From Felis catus (taxonomy: Eukaryota), in NCBI RefSeq assembly GCF_018350175.1, contig NC_058373.1:115570001-115634000 (forward strand): 64,000 nt of DNA, written 5' to 3'. Positions 13,821 to 25,560 of the stretch are shown here, piece after piece. The first letter of the stretch is position 1. Each line of letters begins with the position of its first letter. The translations under genes and the position numbers were made by a program. The notes under the pieces were generated by a model, which had not been told where the DNA came from, did not search any database, and saw only the letters and a list, made by a program, of their open reading frames with translations.

Positions 13821-13882
13821 GGAAGGAAGGAAGGAAGGAAGGAAGGAAGGAAGGAAGGAAGGAGAAGAGGGAGGGAAGGAAG
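13821..13882. repeat. (GGAA)n microsatellite inside L1
   Basis: Seen directly. Confidence 0.95.
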
Positions 13883-14754
13883 GTAGAATTTCAGTGATCT
13901 GTGGGACAACATTAAGTGGTATAATCAATGTGTAATTGGAGTCCCAGGAAGAGAGGATAGGAATTGGGAAGAAAAAAGCATAAAATAATGGTTTATGATG
14001 GTTTAAACTTTCCCAAATCTACTGAAAAAAATTAACTTGCAGAGCCTAGCGGTTCAGTGGACTCCAAGTAAAATGAATGCAAAAAACAACACTTAAGCAT
14101 ATCAATGCACTGATAGCCATAGAAAAAGAGAAAAATCTTGATAGCAGCCAAAGAAAAGCAACATGTTATACACAGAGAAGCAGAAAATAATGGATAACTT
14201 CTTTCATAAATAACAGAACTCAGAAAACAATGGAACTCAAAGGAAAGGAACAAAACTGACAACCTAGATTTCTATGCCCAATAAATATATATTTCAGAAA
14301 TGAAGGCAAAATAAAGGCTTTTTAAGATAAATGAAAACAGAAAATGTTGCCAGTGATCCTGCTCTAGAAATGCTAATGGAAGTTTTTCAGACTGAAAGAA
14401 ATGATACCAAGTGGAAATAGGTCTACAAGTAAGAGTGAAAAACATGGCAAATATGTAGGTAAGAACAAAATACTATATATTTTTTCTACTCATAAAATCT
14501 TTACAACTCACATGAGGGCTTAAAGCAAAAGTTACAACACCATATTGTGGGTTTTATAGAGTATGTAGCTATAATATGTATCACAACAATAGCGCAAAGG
14601 ATGGAGGGATGTAAAAGGGCACAGACTTCTGCAAATTTTTACATTTCAGGTAAAGTAATGTACAGTAAACTCTAAGTTGACTATAATAAGTTAAAGATGC
14701 ATATTGTTATCCCAGAGAAACCAATTAAAAATAATGTATAGAATTATAGCTTTA

Positions 14755-14980
14755 GGGGCGCCTGGGTGGCTCAGTCAGTTAAGTGTCCGACTTCAGCTCA
14801 GGTCACGATCCCACGGTCCGTGAGTTCGAGCCCCGCGTCAGGCTCTGGGCTGATGGCTCAGAGCCTGGAGCCTGCTACTGATTCTGTGTCTCCCTCCCTT
14901 TCTGCCCCTCCCCCGTTCATGCTCTGTCTCTCTCTGTCTCAAAAACAAAAATAAACGTTAAAAAAAATTTTTTTAAAAAA
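14755..14980 (+). mobile_element. CanSINE (felid SINEC_Fc-like)
   Basis: Perfect 15-bp TSD agaattatagcttta. Confidence 0.96.
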
Positions 14981-15635
14981 AGAATTATAGCTTTAAAGCC
15001 AACAAAGTACCTAAAATGAATACTTAAAAATGTTAAAATAAGGCGATAAATGAAGAACAGCAATGAAAAAGATGAGAGAAAGGACAAATAACAAAATGGT
15101 AGACTTAAACCCAATATATTAAGAAGCATGTTAAGTAAAAAGCAGAAATTGTCAGGAGTAAAAATAATCAAGATGCAATAACTATATACCGTTTACAGGA
15201 CAAGCACTTTACGTACAAAGACAGAAATAGTTTGAAAGTAAAATAATGGAAAATATAAACTATGCAAATAATAAGCACAGGAAAGATGAAGTGACAATAT
15301 TAATATCAGGCAAAGATTTCAAGACAAAGGGTATTACCAGAGATAAAGAAGGACATTTCATAAATAATAAAGAGTAAATTCATCAGGAGATACAGCAATC
15401 ATAAATGTATATGTGTCTAATAACAGAATTTCAAATTACATGAAATAAAAATGATAGCACTAAGGAGAGGAATGGCCAAATCCATAATCATAGATGTAGA
15501 TTTTTAACATACTTATATTAGTAATTCATGAAACAAACAAAATTCTATAAGGATATAGATGATCTATAGATTATCAATCATTTCATTGACATTTATAGAA
15601 TTCTCTACCCAATAACTATGGAATACACTTTATTT

Positions 15636-15862
15636 ATTTTTTTTTTTAATTTTTTTTTTCAACGTTTATTTATTTTTGGGACAGAGAGAGACAGAGCATG
15701 AACGGGGGTGGGGCAGAGAGAGAGGAAGACACAGAATCGGAAACAGGCTCCAGGCTCCAAGCCATCAGCCCAGAGCCCGACGCGGGGCTCGAACTCACAG
15801 ACCGCGAGATCGTGACCTGGCTGAAGTCGGACGCTTAACCGACTGCGCCACCCAGGCGCCCC
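15636..15862 (-). mobile_element. Young felid CanSINE (SINEC_Fc-like)
   Basis: CpG-rich, diagnostic ggcgcagtcggtt/cttcagccagg; TSD gaatacactttattt. Confidence 0.96.
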
Positions 15863-15961
15863 AGAATACACTTTATTTTTAAGAGCACATGAAATGTTCA
15901 CCAAGATAAACCATCTGCTAGGCCAAAAACCAATTCTCAATAAATTTCAAAAGGATGAAAC

Positions 15962-16278
15962 TTTTTTTTTGAGATAGAGAGAGAGGGCTCGAGTGATCAA
16001 GGGGGAGAGAGAGAGAGAGAAGAGAGGGGGCACGAAAGAAGGAAAGAGTCTCACAAGGGGCAGAGAGAGGGAGAGGGAAAGAGAGAGAGAAGCGGGGCTC
16101 ACCTGAAGCGGGGCTCTGTTCACCCTGGGCGGGCCTCGAGCTCACTTGAAGTGGCACTCAAGCTCATCCAAAGTGGGGCTTGAACTCACCTGAATTGGGA
16201 CTCAAATTCACCAACCGTGAGATCATGACCTAAGCTGAAATCAGATGCTTAACTGACTGAGCCCCCCCCCAGGCACCC
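15962..16278 (-). mobile_element. CanSINE variant with internal ~22-bp tandem repeats
   Basis: TSD tcaaaaggatgaaac / tcaaaagaatgaaac; repeated gcggggctc(g/a)agctcacctgaa-like units. Confidence 0.9.
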
Positions 16279-17038
16279 TCAAAAGAATGAAACGTTATAG
16301 AATATGTACACTGACCATAGCAGAAATAAATTATGTATCAATAATAATAAGCTGTGAAAGCTCCCAAATAGTTGGAAATTAATATCATACATCTAAATAA
16401 ACTATGAGTAAAAGAGGATCATAAAGAAAATTAGAATATGTTGAATTTAATGATGATGAAAACACAGTGTCAAAATTTGTGAGAGGGAAATTTATCAGTT
16501 TAAATATACTTATAAAAAAGCTTCAAATGTACTTGTTAGAAAATAAAGTTTCAAAACCAATGATGTAAGCTTCCATCTCAAGAAGCTAGAAAGGGATGAA
16601 CAAATTAAACCCAAAGTAAGTAGAAAGGAGAAAATAATAAAGATAAGAAATCAGTATAACATAGACAAATAGGGAAAATGAACAAAGCCAATGGTACTTC
16701 TTTGAAAAGATTAATAAAATTGATAAGCCTCTATCTAGCAAGAATTCTTGAAAGTAAATGAGGGGATATCACTACAGATCCTACAGACAATCAAAGGCTA
16801 CTGTAGGAATATTATAAATTTAACAACTTAGATGACATGGACAAAATCTTTGAAAAACACAATTAAAAAAAACTGTTACAAGATGATATAGAAAACATAA
16901 GTACTATGTATTAGAGAAATTGCATTCTTTATAAAAAGCCTTCCTATAAGGAAACTAAGTTCAAATGGTTTCACTGGTATATTCTAGCAACCATATAAGT
17001 AAAAAATAATTCAGATGCTACACAAATTCTTTCAGAAA

Positions 17039-17193
17039 GGGGCACTTGGGTGGCTTACTCAGTTAAACATCTGACTCCTGATTTTGGCTAAGGTTATGAT
17101 CTCATGGTTTGTGAGTTCAAATCCCACCTCGGGCTTCACTGACAGTGAAGAGCCTGCTTGGGATGCCCTCTCTCCCTCTCTCTCTGCCCCTAC

Positions 17194-17245
<52 letters not shown>

Positions 17246-17275
17246 CTCTCAAAATAAATAAATTTTAGACAAAAA
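17039..17275 (+). mobile_element. CanSINE containing a (CA)n microsatellite
   Basis: TSD aaattctttcagaaa. Confidence 0.94.
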
Positions 17276-17575
17276 AAATTCTTTCAGAAAATAAAATGGA
17301 AGAGTACTTCTTGACTTCTTTTGTGAAGCCTGCATAACCTTGACACTCTAAGCACCTGAAAAACTTTACAAGAAAACAGCAGACTGATAATCCACCATGA
17401 AAACAGACACAAGAAAATCCTTAACAAGACAGTATTAGACTGAATCCATCAGCATTTAAAAGGGACAATATATCAACGACAAAGTACAACTTATGCCCAT
17501 AATATAAGGTTGGTGTACATGTGAAAATCGATCAGTGTAATTAAACCATATTAACAGCTTTAAAAAGCAAAACCA

Positions 17576-17697
17576 GGGTGCCTGGGTGGTTCAGTGAGTT
17601 GAGCCTTCAACTCTTGATTTTGGCTCAGGTCATGACCCCAGGGTTGTGGGATTGAACCCTGCATTGGGCTCTGCACTGAGTGTAGAGCCTGCTTGAG

Positions 17698-17751
<54 letters not shown>

Positions 17752-17805
17752 CCTCTGCCCCTCTCCCCTGTTCATGTACTCTCTCTCTCTTAAATAAAAA
17801 AAAAA
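17576..17805 (+). mobile_element. CanSINE
   Basis: Head, long (CT)n, poly-A; TSD aaaaagcaaaacca / aaaaatcaaaacca. Confidence 0.93.
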
Positions 17806-18533
17806 AAAAATCAAAACCATATGATCATCTCAATAGATACTGGAAAAAATTTGATAAAATTTTTAAAAATGCAAATGGTTAAAATGAATTATCAGTCAAC
17901 AGAAATAGAAGGAAAATTCTTCAATTTAATAAGAGGAATTTATGAAAAACTTATAGAAGACATCATATTGAAGGAGACTGGGAACAAAGTTAGGATGTTC
18001 ATTCTTACCACTCCTATTCAACATTATACTAAAAGTTCTAACTGGTGCAATAAAACAGGAAAAAAAATAAAATTCATGAAGATAGGGAAGAAGTAAAACT
18101 GTTTGCAGACAACATAATTGTTTACATAAAAACCCTAGGAAAAATATAAAGCAACTATCAGGTGCTAATAAGAGAATTTAGAAAGGTCATAGGACAAAAG
18201 GTCAATAGACAAAATTCAATTGTATTTTTATACACTAGCAGCAAAAAATTGGAAAATGAAAATTTGTTTAAGTTAAATTTTTATGTAACACAGTATCAAA
18301 AGCAAAAATACTTTGAAATAAATTTAAGAAAATATACGTAATACATCTCCAGTGAAAACTATAAAACATTCCTGAGGGAAATTAAAGATCTAAACTAATG
18401 TAGACACCCATCATGTTCCTAGATTAGAAGCCTCAGTCTTTTTAAGATTTTAATTCTGAAAGGGACCTATACATTCAACATCACATTTCCAATTATAATC
18501 ATAACCACTTTTTAATAAAAATTGATGAGCTGA

Positions 18534-18733
18534 GAGGCACCTAGGTGGCTCAGGTGGTTAAGTGTCCTTCTCTTGATTTCGGCTCAGGTCGCGAGTTCAC
18601 AGTCCATGGGTTCAAGCCCTGCGTGGGGCTCCTCACTGACAGTGCGGTATCTGCTTGGGATTCTCTCTCTCATCCTCTTTCTGCCCCTCCCTTGCTTGTG
18701 CTCTGCGTCTCTCTCAAAACAAATAAACTTTAA
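18534..18733 (+). mobile_element. CanSINE (older)
   Basis: Diverged head gaggcacctaggtggctcag; degenerate TSD. Confidence 0.9.
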
Positions 18734-18816
18734 AAGAACTGATAAGCTGATTCTAACATGTATATGGAGATGCAAAGAACCTAGAATAATCTTTGAACAA
18801 GAATAAAATTGGGGGA

Positions 18817-19045
18817 GGGGCGCCTGGGTGGCGCAGTCGGTTAAGCGTCCGACTTCAGCCAGGTCACGATCTCGCGGTCCGGGAGTTCGAGCCCCGCGTC
18901 GGGCTCTGGGCTGATGGCTCAGAGCCTGGAGCCTGCTTCCGATTCTGTGTCTCCCTCTCTCTCTGCCCCTCCCCCGTTCATGCTCTGTCTCTCTCTGTCC
19001 CAAAAATAAATAAACATTGAAAAAAAAAATTTAAAATAAAAAAAA
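18817..19045 (+). mobile_element. Young felid CanSINE
   Basis: CpG-rich; TSD aagaataaaattggggg. Confidence 0.96.
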
Positions 19046-19625
19046 AAGAATAAAATTGGGGGATTAACACTTCTTACTAAAAGGCCACAGTAATTAAGCT
19101 AGTGTGATACTAGCAAAACGACAGATCAATGTAACATAATTCTGAGTTTCTCATTTCCACTGAGGACAAATGGATAGAAAAAGGATCATAACTAAAATTG
19201 TTCTAAGAAAATTAGGTTACCTGGAATACAAGAAGAAAATGCATGTGAACAGTTTGTACTCTGTGCAATAATTAATTGCAACTCTTAATACTACAAAGAA
19301 CAGCAACACTGAAAGAGGACTATCAATTGTATGGATAACATTGACCATCACTCTTTCTACTCTTAACACATATGCATCTTATTTCCTATCTGACTAAATC
19401 AAATTTATTTTGCAGCTCCTTTGTGCTAATACTCTCCCATGCATTTCAATTTTCTTTTATGAAATAAATATCCATGGAAAAACAGACTGTTTTCAGTATC
19501 TGTAAATTGAACTCAAGTTTTATCATAGAAGGAATTTGAGTATTTAGAGATGCCTTTAGAAAATAATCATCTTTATAATACAAATAATCATCCCATACAT
19601 TGTTGATTTAGAAAATTCATGTATT

Positions 19626-19839
19626 GGGGCGCCTGGGTGGCTCAGTCGGTTAAGCATCCGACTTCGGCTCAGGTCATGATCTCGCGGTCTGTGAGTTTGA
19701 GCCCCGCATCGGGCTCTGTGCTGACAGCTCAGAGCCTGGAGCCAGCTTCAGATTCTGTGTCTCCCTCTCTCTCTGACCCTCCCCCATTCTGCTGTCTCTC
19801 CCTGTCTCAAAAATAAATAAATATTTAAAAAAAAAAAAA
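19626..19839 (+). mobile_element. CanSINE
   Basis: 16-bp TSD agaaaattcatgtatt. Confidence 0.96.
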
Positions 19840-20154
19840 AGAAAATTCATGTATTGTTAACCCTGTTTTAGTAATTTGACGATCATGATGGTGGTCAGGT
19901 TGCTGTGATCGTAATGAGAATGGAGATTACTTTGTAGAAATGTGGCCAATGTGCCTTGGAGTGTGCCGGCGTAAGATCATGGCACCACTGGAGCAAACTG
20001 GGAATTTCATAATGATGGACGATCCCTATGTTTGATGCAATTCAGTTCTTTATTCGATATCTCCTCTTCTACCTCTGTTATAGGAAGCTGCACATTGTAT
20101 ATCTCTTTGTGTCTGCAGCCCTATCAGACTGTGAGGATTTACTTGACTTTGAAA

Positions 20155-20368
20155 TTTTTTTTTTTAATGTTTATTTACTTTTGAGAAAGACAGAGACAGA
20201 AGGCGAGCGGGTTAGGGGCAGAGAGAGAGGGAGGCACAGAATCCGAAGCAGGCTCCAGGCTCCAAGCTGTCAGCACAGAGCCTGACATGAGGCTCGAACT
20301 CGCGAGCTGTGAGATCATGACCTGAGCCGAAGTCGGACGCTCAACTGACTGAGCCATCCAGGCGCCCC
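20155..20368 (-). mobile_element. CanSINE
   Basis: 20-bp TSD aggatttact(t/g)gactttgaa. Confidence 0.96.
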
Positions 20369-20708
20369 AGGATTTACTGGACTTTGAATCCTCAGTGCCA
20401 AGCACAGGACTTGACCTATGAGAACCCAGAAGAAAGATTTCCAGTAGGACAGCAAGAATGTCAGCAACACAGATTTCAGCTGGGTCATAAAGGTTAAGAG
20501 AAAATTGCCTAGAGCCTTCCTGGTGAAAGGACCAGACAGGACAAAGTTGACAAGAGGCTACAAGTAGTTTGGTTTGGAGGAGCAAGCATAACAAAGAATA
20601 GGTAGGAGCTGAGGCTGGAAAGTTTAAGTTGGGACCAGCTGTTCTGACATCAACAGAACACTATTCAATCTGATCATTTTGTATCTCTTCCTACAGAAAA
20701 CCAAATAA

Positions 20709-20814
20709 CCACGCCCCGATGACTGAAAAGGGACAGCATTTGATGAGCAGCTTCTTGCTTCCTCTCCAGACTAAAAGCGGTATATAAATAGGAAAGAAGA
20801 TAACCAATCAGTCA
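20709..20814 (+). promoter_or_regulatory. Candidate TATA core promoter
   Basis: CCACGCCCC 20709, TATATAAATA 20781, Inr-like TCAGTC with the A at 20810. Confidence 0.25.
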
Positions 20815-21442
20815 CAGTGGAGCCAGCTACCTTATACATCCACTACTGTGGCTGACAAATTTTATCAGAATCCTTGAATAGAATAGAATGTCTCACACTC
20901 AGGTTGTAATAAACGTTGCCAGCAGCCACTGAGTGCTTGTAGACATGCATCTATACATCAGATCTTATCAGCAAGGGCACCCAAGGCATTTTCAGTCTCA
21001 GCGTGGGGAGATATTTGGCTGGCCCAGTGCATAAAGCCTTGGGACATTTCCAGTAGAAGTCAGCCTTTTGATTTGTAGAGATACTGCAGTAGATTAATTC
21101 ATGCCAATGCTGTTCAGTGGGGTCCTAACATTCTCACAACAGCTCAGAAAGCCAGAGCACATCCTTTTATGTAAGCTGCTTTCTACAACAGGGATGCAGG
21201 ATGGGGAAGTCTGCAAACTCAGGGCAGAAGTCATCATTTCTGCTCATTTGTTTATTCCAGAAATGAGTCCAGCAGAGCTCCACCTGGCAATCCTTGCAGA
21301 TTTGGGGCTGGAGTGGAAAAGGATTAGAGAGAGGATGAGGGACCATAGTGGACAAATTTTGTCACCCAGATAATTTCCCTTGTCCTTCCTCTCTATTTTC
21401 CTTTCTAAAAACCTCCTTTGCCTCATTCAGGTCAGGTCTTAA

Positions 21443-21445
<3 letters not shown>

Positions 21446-21489
<44 letters not shown>
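21446..21489. repeat. (CT)n microsatellite
   Basis: Seen directly. Confidence 0.97.
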
Positions 21490-21495
<6 letters not shown>

Positions 21496-22064
21496 TAGAT
21501 GTTTGGCATCAATGGATGTGTTTGTCCTTAGCCTTTTTTTTTTTTCTTGGCTGTGCTTACAATGACTTCCTAAAGGTCTGTCTTCCACCCCCTCATGTCC
21601 ACTGCTACGGAGGCTCTCTGATGGCAAGAGCTTTGCCCATCAGGTTCATTGTCATCTCCTCAGTGTCTGGTACAGCTATGCATGTAATAGACACTCAATA
21701 AAAATCCACTGAACAACTGGATGAACAGGCTGTTGTTTTTGAGATTCCTTTCCAGTTCTCTCCAGCCATCACATGGACGTAGTGAAGACAGGCTCCACTG
21801 TGTGACCCAACTGAAGGTTGTGGATTAGGGAAAAGGGCTCAGCACCTCCATTCCTGTTTTCACCCTTACAAACCCCTATCCCAACAGGTTGTCTTCCCTT
21901 GCTGCCTTGTCTCCTTCTGTAGGCAGATCACTGGGTTCCTCCCAGGGAAGAAATGCCCCCGTTATGAACCAGAGGTCTGTCCCACACAGTGTTTGCCAGG
22001 AGGACCCGCTCTGAATTAGAACAGCTACTGCTTATGTTGGCGTAGTACAAGTTATATAGGAGTT

Positions 22065-22240
22065 TATTTACTTTTTAAAGTTTATTTCTGAGAGAGAGAG
22101 CGTGAGTGGAGGTGGGGCAGAGGGGGAGGGCAGGGGATTCAAAGCAGGCTCCGCACTGACAGCAGAGAGCCCACGCAGGGCTCAAAGAGATCATGACCTG
22201 AGCTGAAGTCGGACACGCAACTGAGCCACCCAGGCGCCCC
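22065..22240 (-). mobile_element. CanSINE (first of a cluster of three)
   Basis: Reverse head gagccacccaggcgcccc, internal deletions. Confidence 0.9.
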
Positions 22241-22251
22241 CGAAGAGTTTT

Positions 22252-22464
22252 GGGTTTTTTTTTAATGTTTTATTTATTTTTGAGACAGAGACAGAGCATG
22301 AACAGGGGAGGGTCAGAGAGAGAGGGAGACACTGAATCCGAAGCAGGCTCCAGGCTCTGAGCTGTCAGCACAGAGCCCAACACGGGGCTCGAACTCACGG
22401 ACTGTGAGATCATGCCCTGAGCCAAAGTCGGACACTTAACCCACTGAGCCACCCAGGCGCCCCC
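22252..22464 (-). mobile_element. CanSINE (second of the cluster)
   Basis: Full length; flanked by aagagttt on both sides. Confidence 0.94.
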
Positions 22465-22528
22465 CAAAGAGTTTAAGAAGCTGCCATCCTTAGGTGAATC
22501 ACCCTGTCAACAGCAATCATATTATTTA

Positions 22529-22715
22529 AAAAATGTTTTAATGTTTATTTATTTTTGAGAGAGAGACAGAGTGTGAGCTGGGGAGGGGCAGAGAGAGAGG
22601 GAGACACAGGATCCGAAGCAGGCTCCAGGCTCTGAGCCGTCAGCACAGAGCCCGACATGGGGCAAGATCATGACCTGAGCCGTCAGATACTTAACTGAGT
22701 CACCCAGGCACCCCC
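22529..22715 (-). mobile_element. CanSINE (third of the cluster)
   Basis: TSD aatcatattattt. Confidence 0.93.
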
Positions 22716-22739
22716 AATCATATTATTTTAGAATGTGTA

Positions 22740-23200
22740 ACTACCTTACGACTTTCCCTGGTTTCCTAGTGCATTGAGAAGAAAATCTGAACTACTCACC
22801 GTGATCTCAGAGGCTCTGTCTAGGTCTGTACCTAAACCTTTGTCCTGCCATACTGGCCTTCCCTCGTTTTAATTTCTTCTCCAGGCTCTTCTCTGCCTCG
22901 GGGCCTTTGCATTTGATGTTTCTTCTGCCTGGATTGCTGTTTCCTCAACAGCTGCCTGTGTAACTTTTGCTCTTTATAAGCTGCTTTCGAAGGGTCTTCT
23001 CAATATAAAGTGCCATAATTGCCATCTTAGGACCCTTTCATTTTCCCCATAGCACTTTTCACAAATCGCAATTTTTACACCTATTTATTTATTACTTAAA
23101 GCAGCCTTTTCCGGTGGGCCGGAAGGTCCTCAAGGGGAGGAACTTTATTTTTATCACCTAGCACTCTCGTCACGCAGCACAGTGACTGACAGACAGATGA
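22740..23200 (+). mobile_element. L2 3' relic
   Basis: gggcctttgcatttgatgtttcttctgcctgga and downstream L2 motifs. Confidence 0.65.
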
Positions 23201-23286
23201 TTCTTAAGGAAGTGGGTGGGGGACAAGCCAAGGCGGGGGGTTTCTGGTTCTGTCAGTTTGTTCTCATGTGGCCTCTCAAGCCTGGT

Positions 23287-23710
23287 TGTATTCGTATCCT
23301 AAAGCTGTCATCATAAATTTCCACGCATCACGTGGCTTGAACAAACAGAAATCTATTGTCTCAGTGGTCCCGGAGACCAAAAGTTTGAGATCAAAGGGAG
23401 GCGGGGCTGGGATCCCTCCAGAGGCTCTAGGAAGGTATACTTCCTTGACTCTTCCCACCTTCTGGGGGCTGTGGCCCCCACGTTGCTAACGTATCACTCC
23501 AGTCTCTGTGTCTGTCATCACATGACCTCATCCCGTCTGTCCACGTCTCTTTTTTCTCTTGTAAGGATGTAAGTCAGATTGGATTTAGGCCCCACCCTAC
23601 TCTGGTGTAACCTCATCCTAACTTACTGCATCTGCAACGACCCTATTTCTAAATAAGATTACATTGTGAAGGGGACATAAACTTTTGGGGAACACTCTCC
23701 AACTGAGCAC
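23287..23710 (-). mobile_element. MaLR solo LTR (MLT1B/C-like)
   Basis: ggcttgaacaaacagaaatctattgtctc…ggatttaggccccacccta…gaccctatttctaaataag. Confidence 0.8.
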
Positions 23711-24351
23711 GCTGGTCTTTGTGCTCAGTGCGATTCGAGCATGGGGACGTGTTGGAATGTAGTGTCTAGAACTGAACTCCTGGGGCCGTGATGACTCGTG
23801 TGGCAGGTGGGGACAGCCTAAGGCACTGGCTCACTGCAACAGAGAGCAGACCCTGCCTGCTTCTTCCTTTTATACTCTCATATTTATAAAGTCATTTGTA
23901 TTCCAGAAAGGACTGTTATTTAGCCATTCTTACCTCAGTGTTAATCCCCCAACACAGAGAAAATGATCCTGCCAAAGGGAAAGGGAGATTAAAAATGAGG
24001 CGAATTAGTAAATTGTTAGCACTATAACCACAGGCTAAATCAACATGCACAGACAGAACCAGGATCGCTTAAAATTGGTTCAAAAATCCACCTCTGTGCT
24101 AAGGGAAGCAACACATTTTAAAGCGTGCCATTAGGTCACTTGTCCATCTTGTTCAGTTGTAACAAGTTCAAGGTCAAACCAGAATACGGCAGCCTAACCT
24201 GACGGTGGCACAGGGGACACTTACTTTTTCTGATGTTCCTAGGTGTTGGTGGCATTTTCCTCTCTGAAGACTCATGAATTCCTACCGCTAGAATAACTCA
24301 AACTATGCCCTTCCTAGATGGTCCTCATAACGCAGAGAAGTCTTGTACCTT

Positions 24352-24771
24352 TGTTGAAATCAAACACAAACGGAGGCCAGACAAAAATTTCCTGAGCAGA
24401 CAAAACCAGTTTAGTCATACAAGCCAAGCTTAATTTAGCTTATTTTGCAAGACAAGTGAGGCTAACTTGACCTGGGTGCTTCTTGCAAGTGGAATTTAAA
24501 TTGTTCCCCCAAATTGACATGAGGTAACCACTAACCAGTTCCCTCCCGTTTAAGAAAATTCTCATATAAATCAATTACTATGGAGAGTAAACACTCAGTG
24601 CCTCCATAATACAGAAGCTGCCTAGAACAATACATCTCTGAGCCTCATTCCATGTTTTGGTTGGAGTGTTCCTGTCTTTTCAGCGTGTGCGCAATAAACT
24701 TATGCTAATTATTACGTCAGTGATTCACTGGTTTTACTTCCGGCTTTTTTCTCCCCCCTAAACTTTTGATA
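24352..24771 (+). mobile_element. ERV1-class solo LTR (~420 bp)
   Basis: Starts TGTTGAAA, ends TTTTGATA (CA end decayed), 4-bp TSD CCTT on both sides, AATAAA near 24693. Confidence 0.7.
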
Positions 24772-24954
24772 CCTTTTTCTCCAAGAGAGTTTGTAAACAG
24801 AGCCCTAGGTTCTTGGCTACTTGGTAGGACAGGCTAGGCTGTATGAACAAAGACAAGTCTTGGGGGCAGCAAAAGAGTTTCAGCAGGAAGAACTTAACCC
24901 TTTGTGGACCAGATGACATTTCGCACTTGTGGGGCGTTAGCACTGCTAATATCT

Positions 24955-25120
24955 GAGGATCATCTAGGATTTGAGAGCTGGAAGAGACATTTAGTTCAAC
25001 CTTCTCATTTTGCAGATGAGGAAACTGATGGGGGAAGGAACTAACTCAAGGACACATTTAGGGCTTTTAGCTGAGCAGGGAATGGACTCACGTCCCTTGT
25101 CGCCGGTCACCTTTCCACTG
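24955..25120 (-). mobile_element. MIR relic
   Basis: cattttgcagatgaggaaactga. Confidence 0.65.
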
Positions 25121-25548
25121 TGCAACAGCATCCAGAAGAAAAATGTAGGTGCAGAAAAGTGAACACAACTCTCACATATAGCTGCTATGATTTAATTGGC
25201 ATTCTCTAATCCCTGTCCCCCACCCCGAAAAATCAGGCCCAAAAATGCAAAAGGCTAAGATTTTGTGAGACTTATTGGCTTGAAAAAGCATTCTCTAAAC
25301 ATCTCTTCTCCCTGCTCCCATCCCTACCATCCTTTGGCAATTCCATTAAAAATAGCTTTGACTTGAAATTGGCCTGGAGATCATCACTCTGCAATTATAT
25401 AAGCCCTCAACTGAACGTATTATCATACCAAGCAAACCCCAGATGACTATGGTGGGGCTGTGCTGTCTGAGCCCAAAGCCAAAATCCCTGCTGGGTCTGC
25501 AGATGCGATGAGGATTTCTCAGACCTACAGACGCCTCACCTAGGCAGG

Positions 25549-25560
25549 AGTGTGTGTATG

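Larger units (their letters stand above)
12695..19140 (+). mobile_element. Old eutherian LINE-1 (L1M-type): 5'UTR, decayed ORF1 and ORF2, 3' end missing
   Basis: A-rich strand; ORF1-like ~13500-14450; ORF2 remnants (atcactacagatcctacagac; atgatcatctcaatagatac = MIISID; tttgcagacaacata near the FADDM motif; acagatcaatg near IDQW); many stops. Confidence 0.9.

Noticed and set aside
14755..14835. tRNA-like A/B boxes
   Set aside because: Heads of tRNA-derived SINEs, not tRNA genes
16092..16212. Regular short repeats resembling a CRISPR array
   Set aside because: Tandem units without unique spacers, inside a SINE in eukaryotic DNA
17821..18096. 91-aa ORF starting MIISIDTGK
   Set aside because: Decayed L1 ORF2 reverse-transcriptase fragment, not a host gene
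18584..19020. Recurring peptides GAPGWRSRLSVRLQPGHDL / MGQRETEHERGRG
   Set aside because: Translations of CanSINEs
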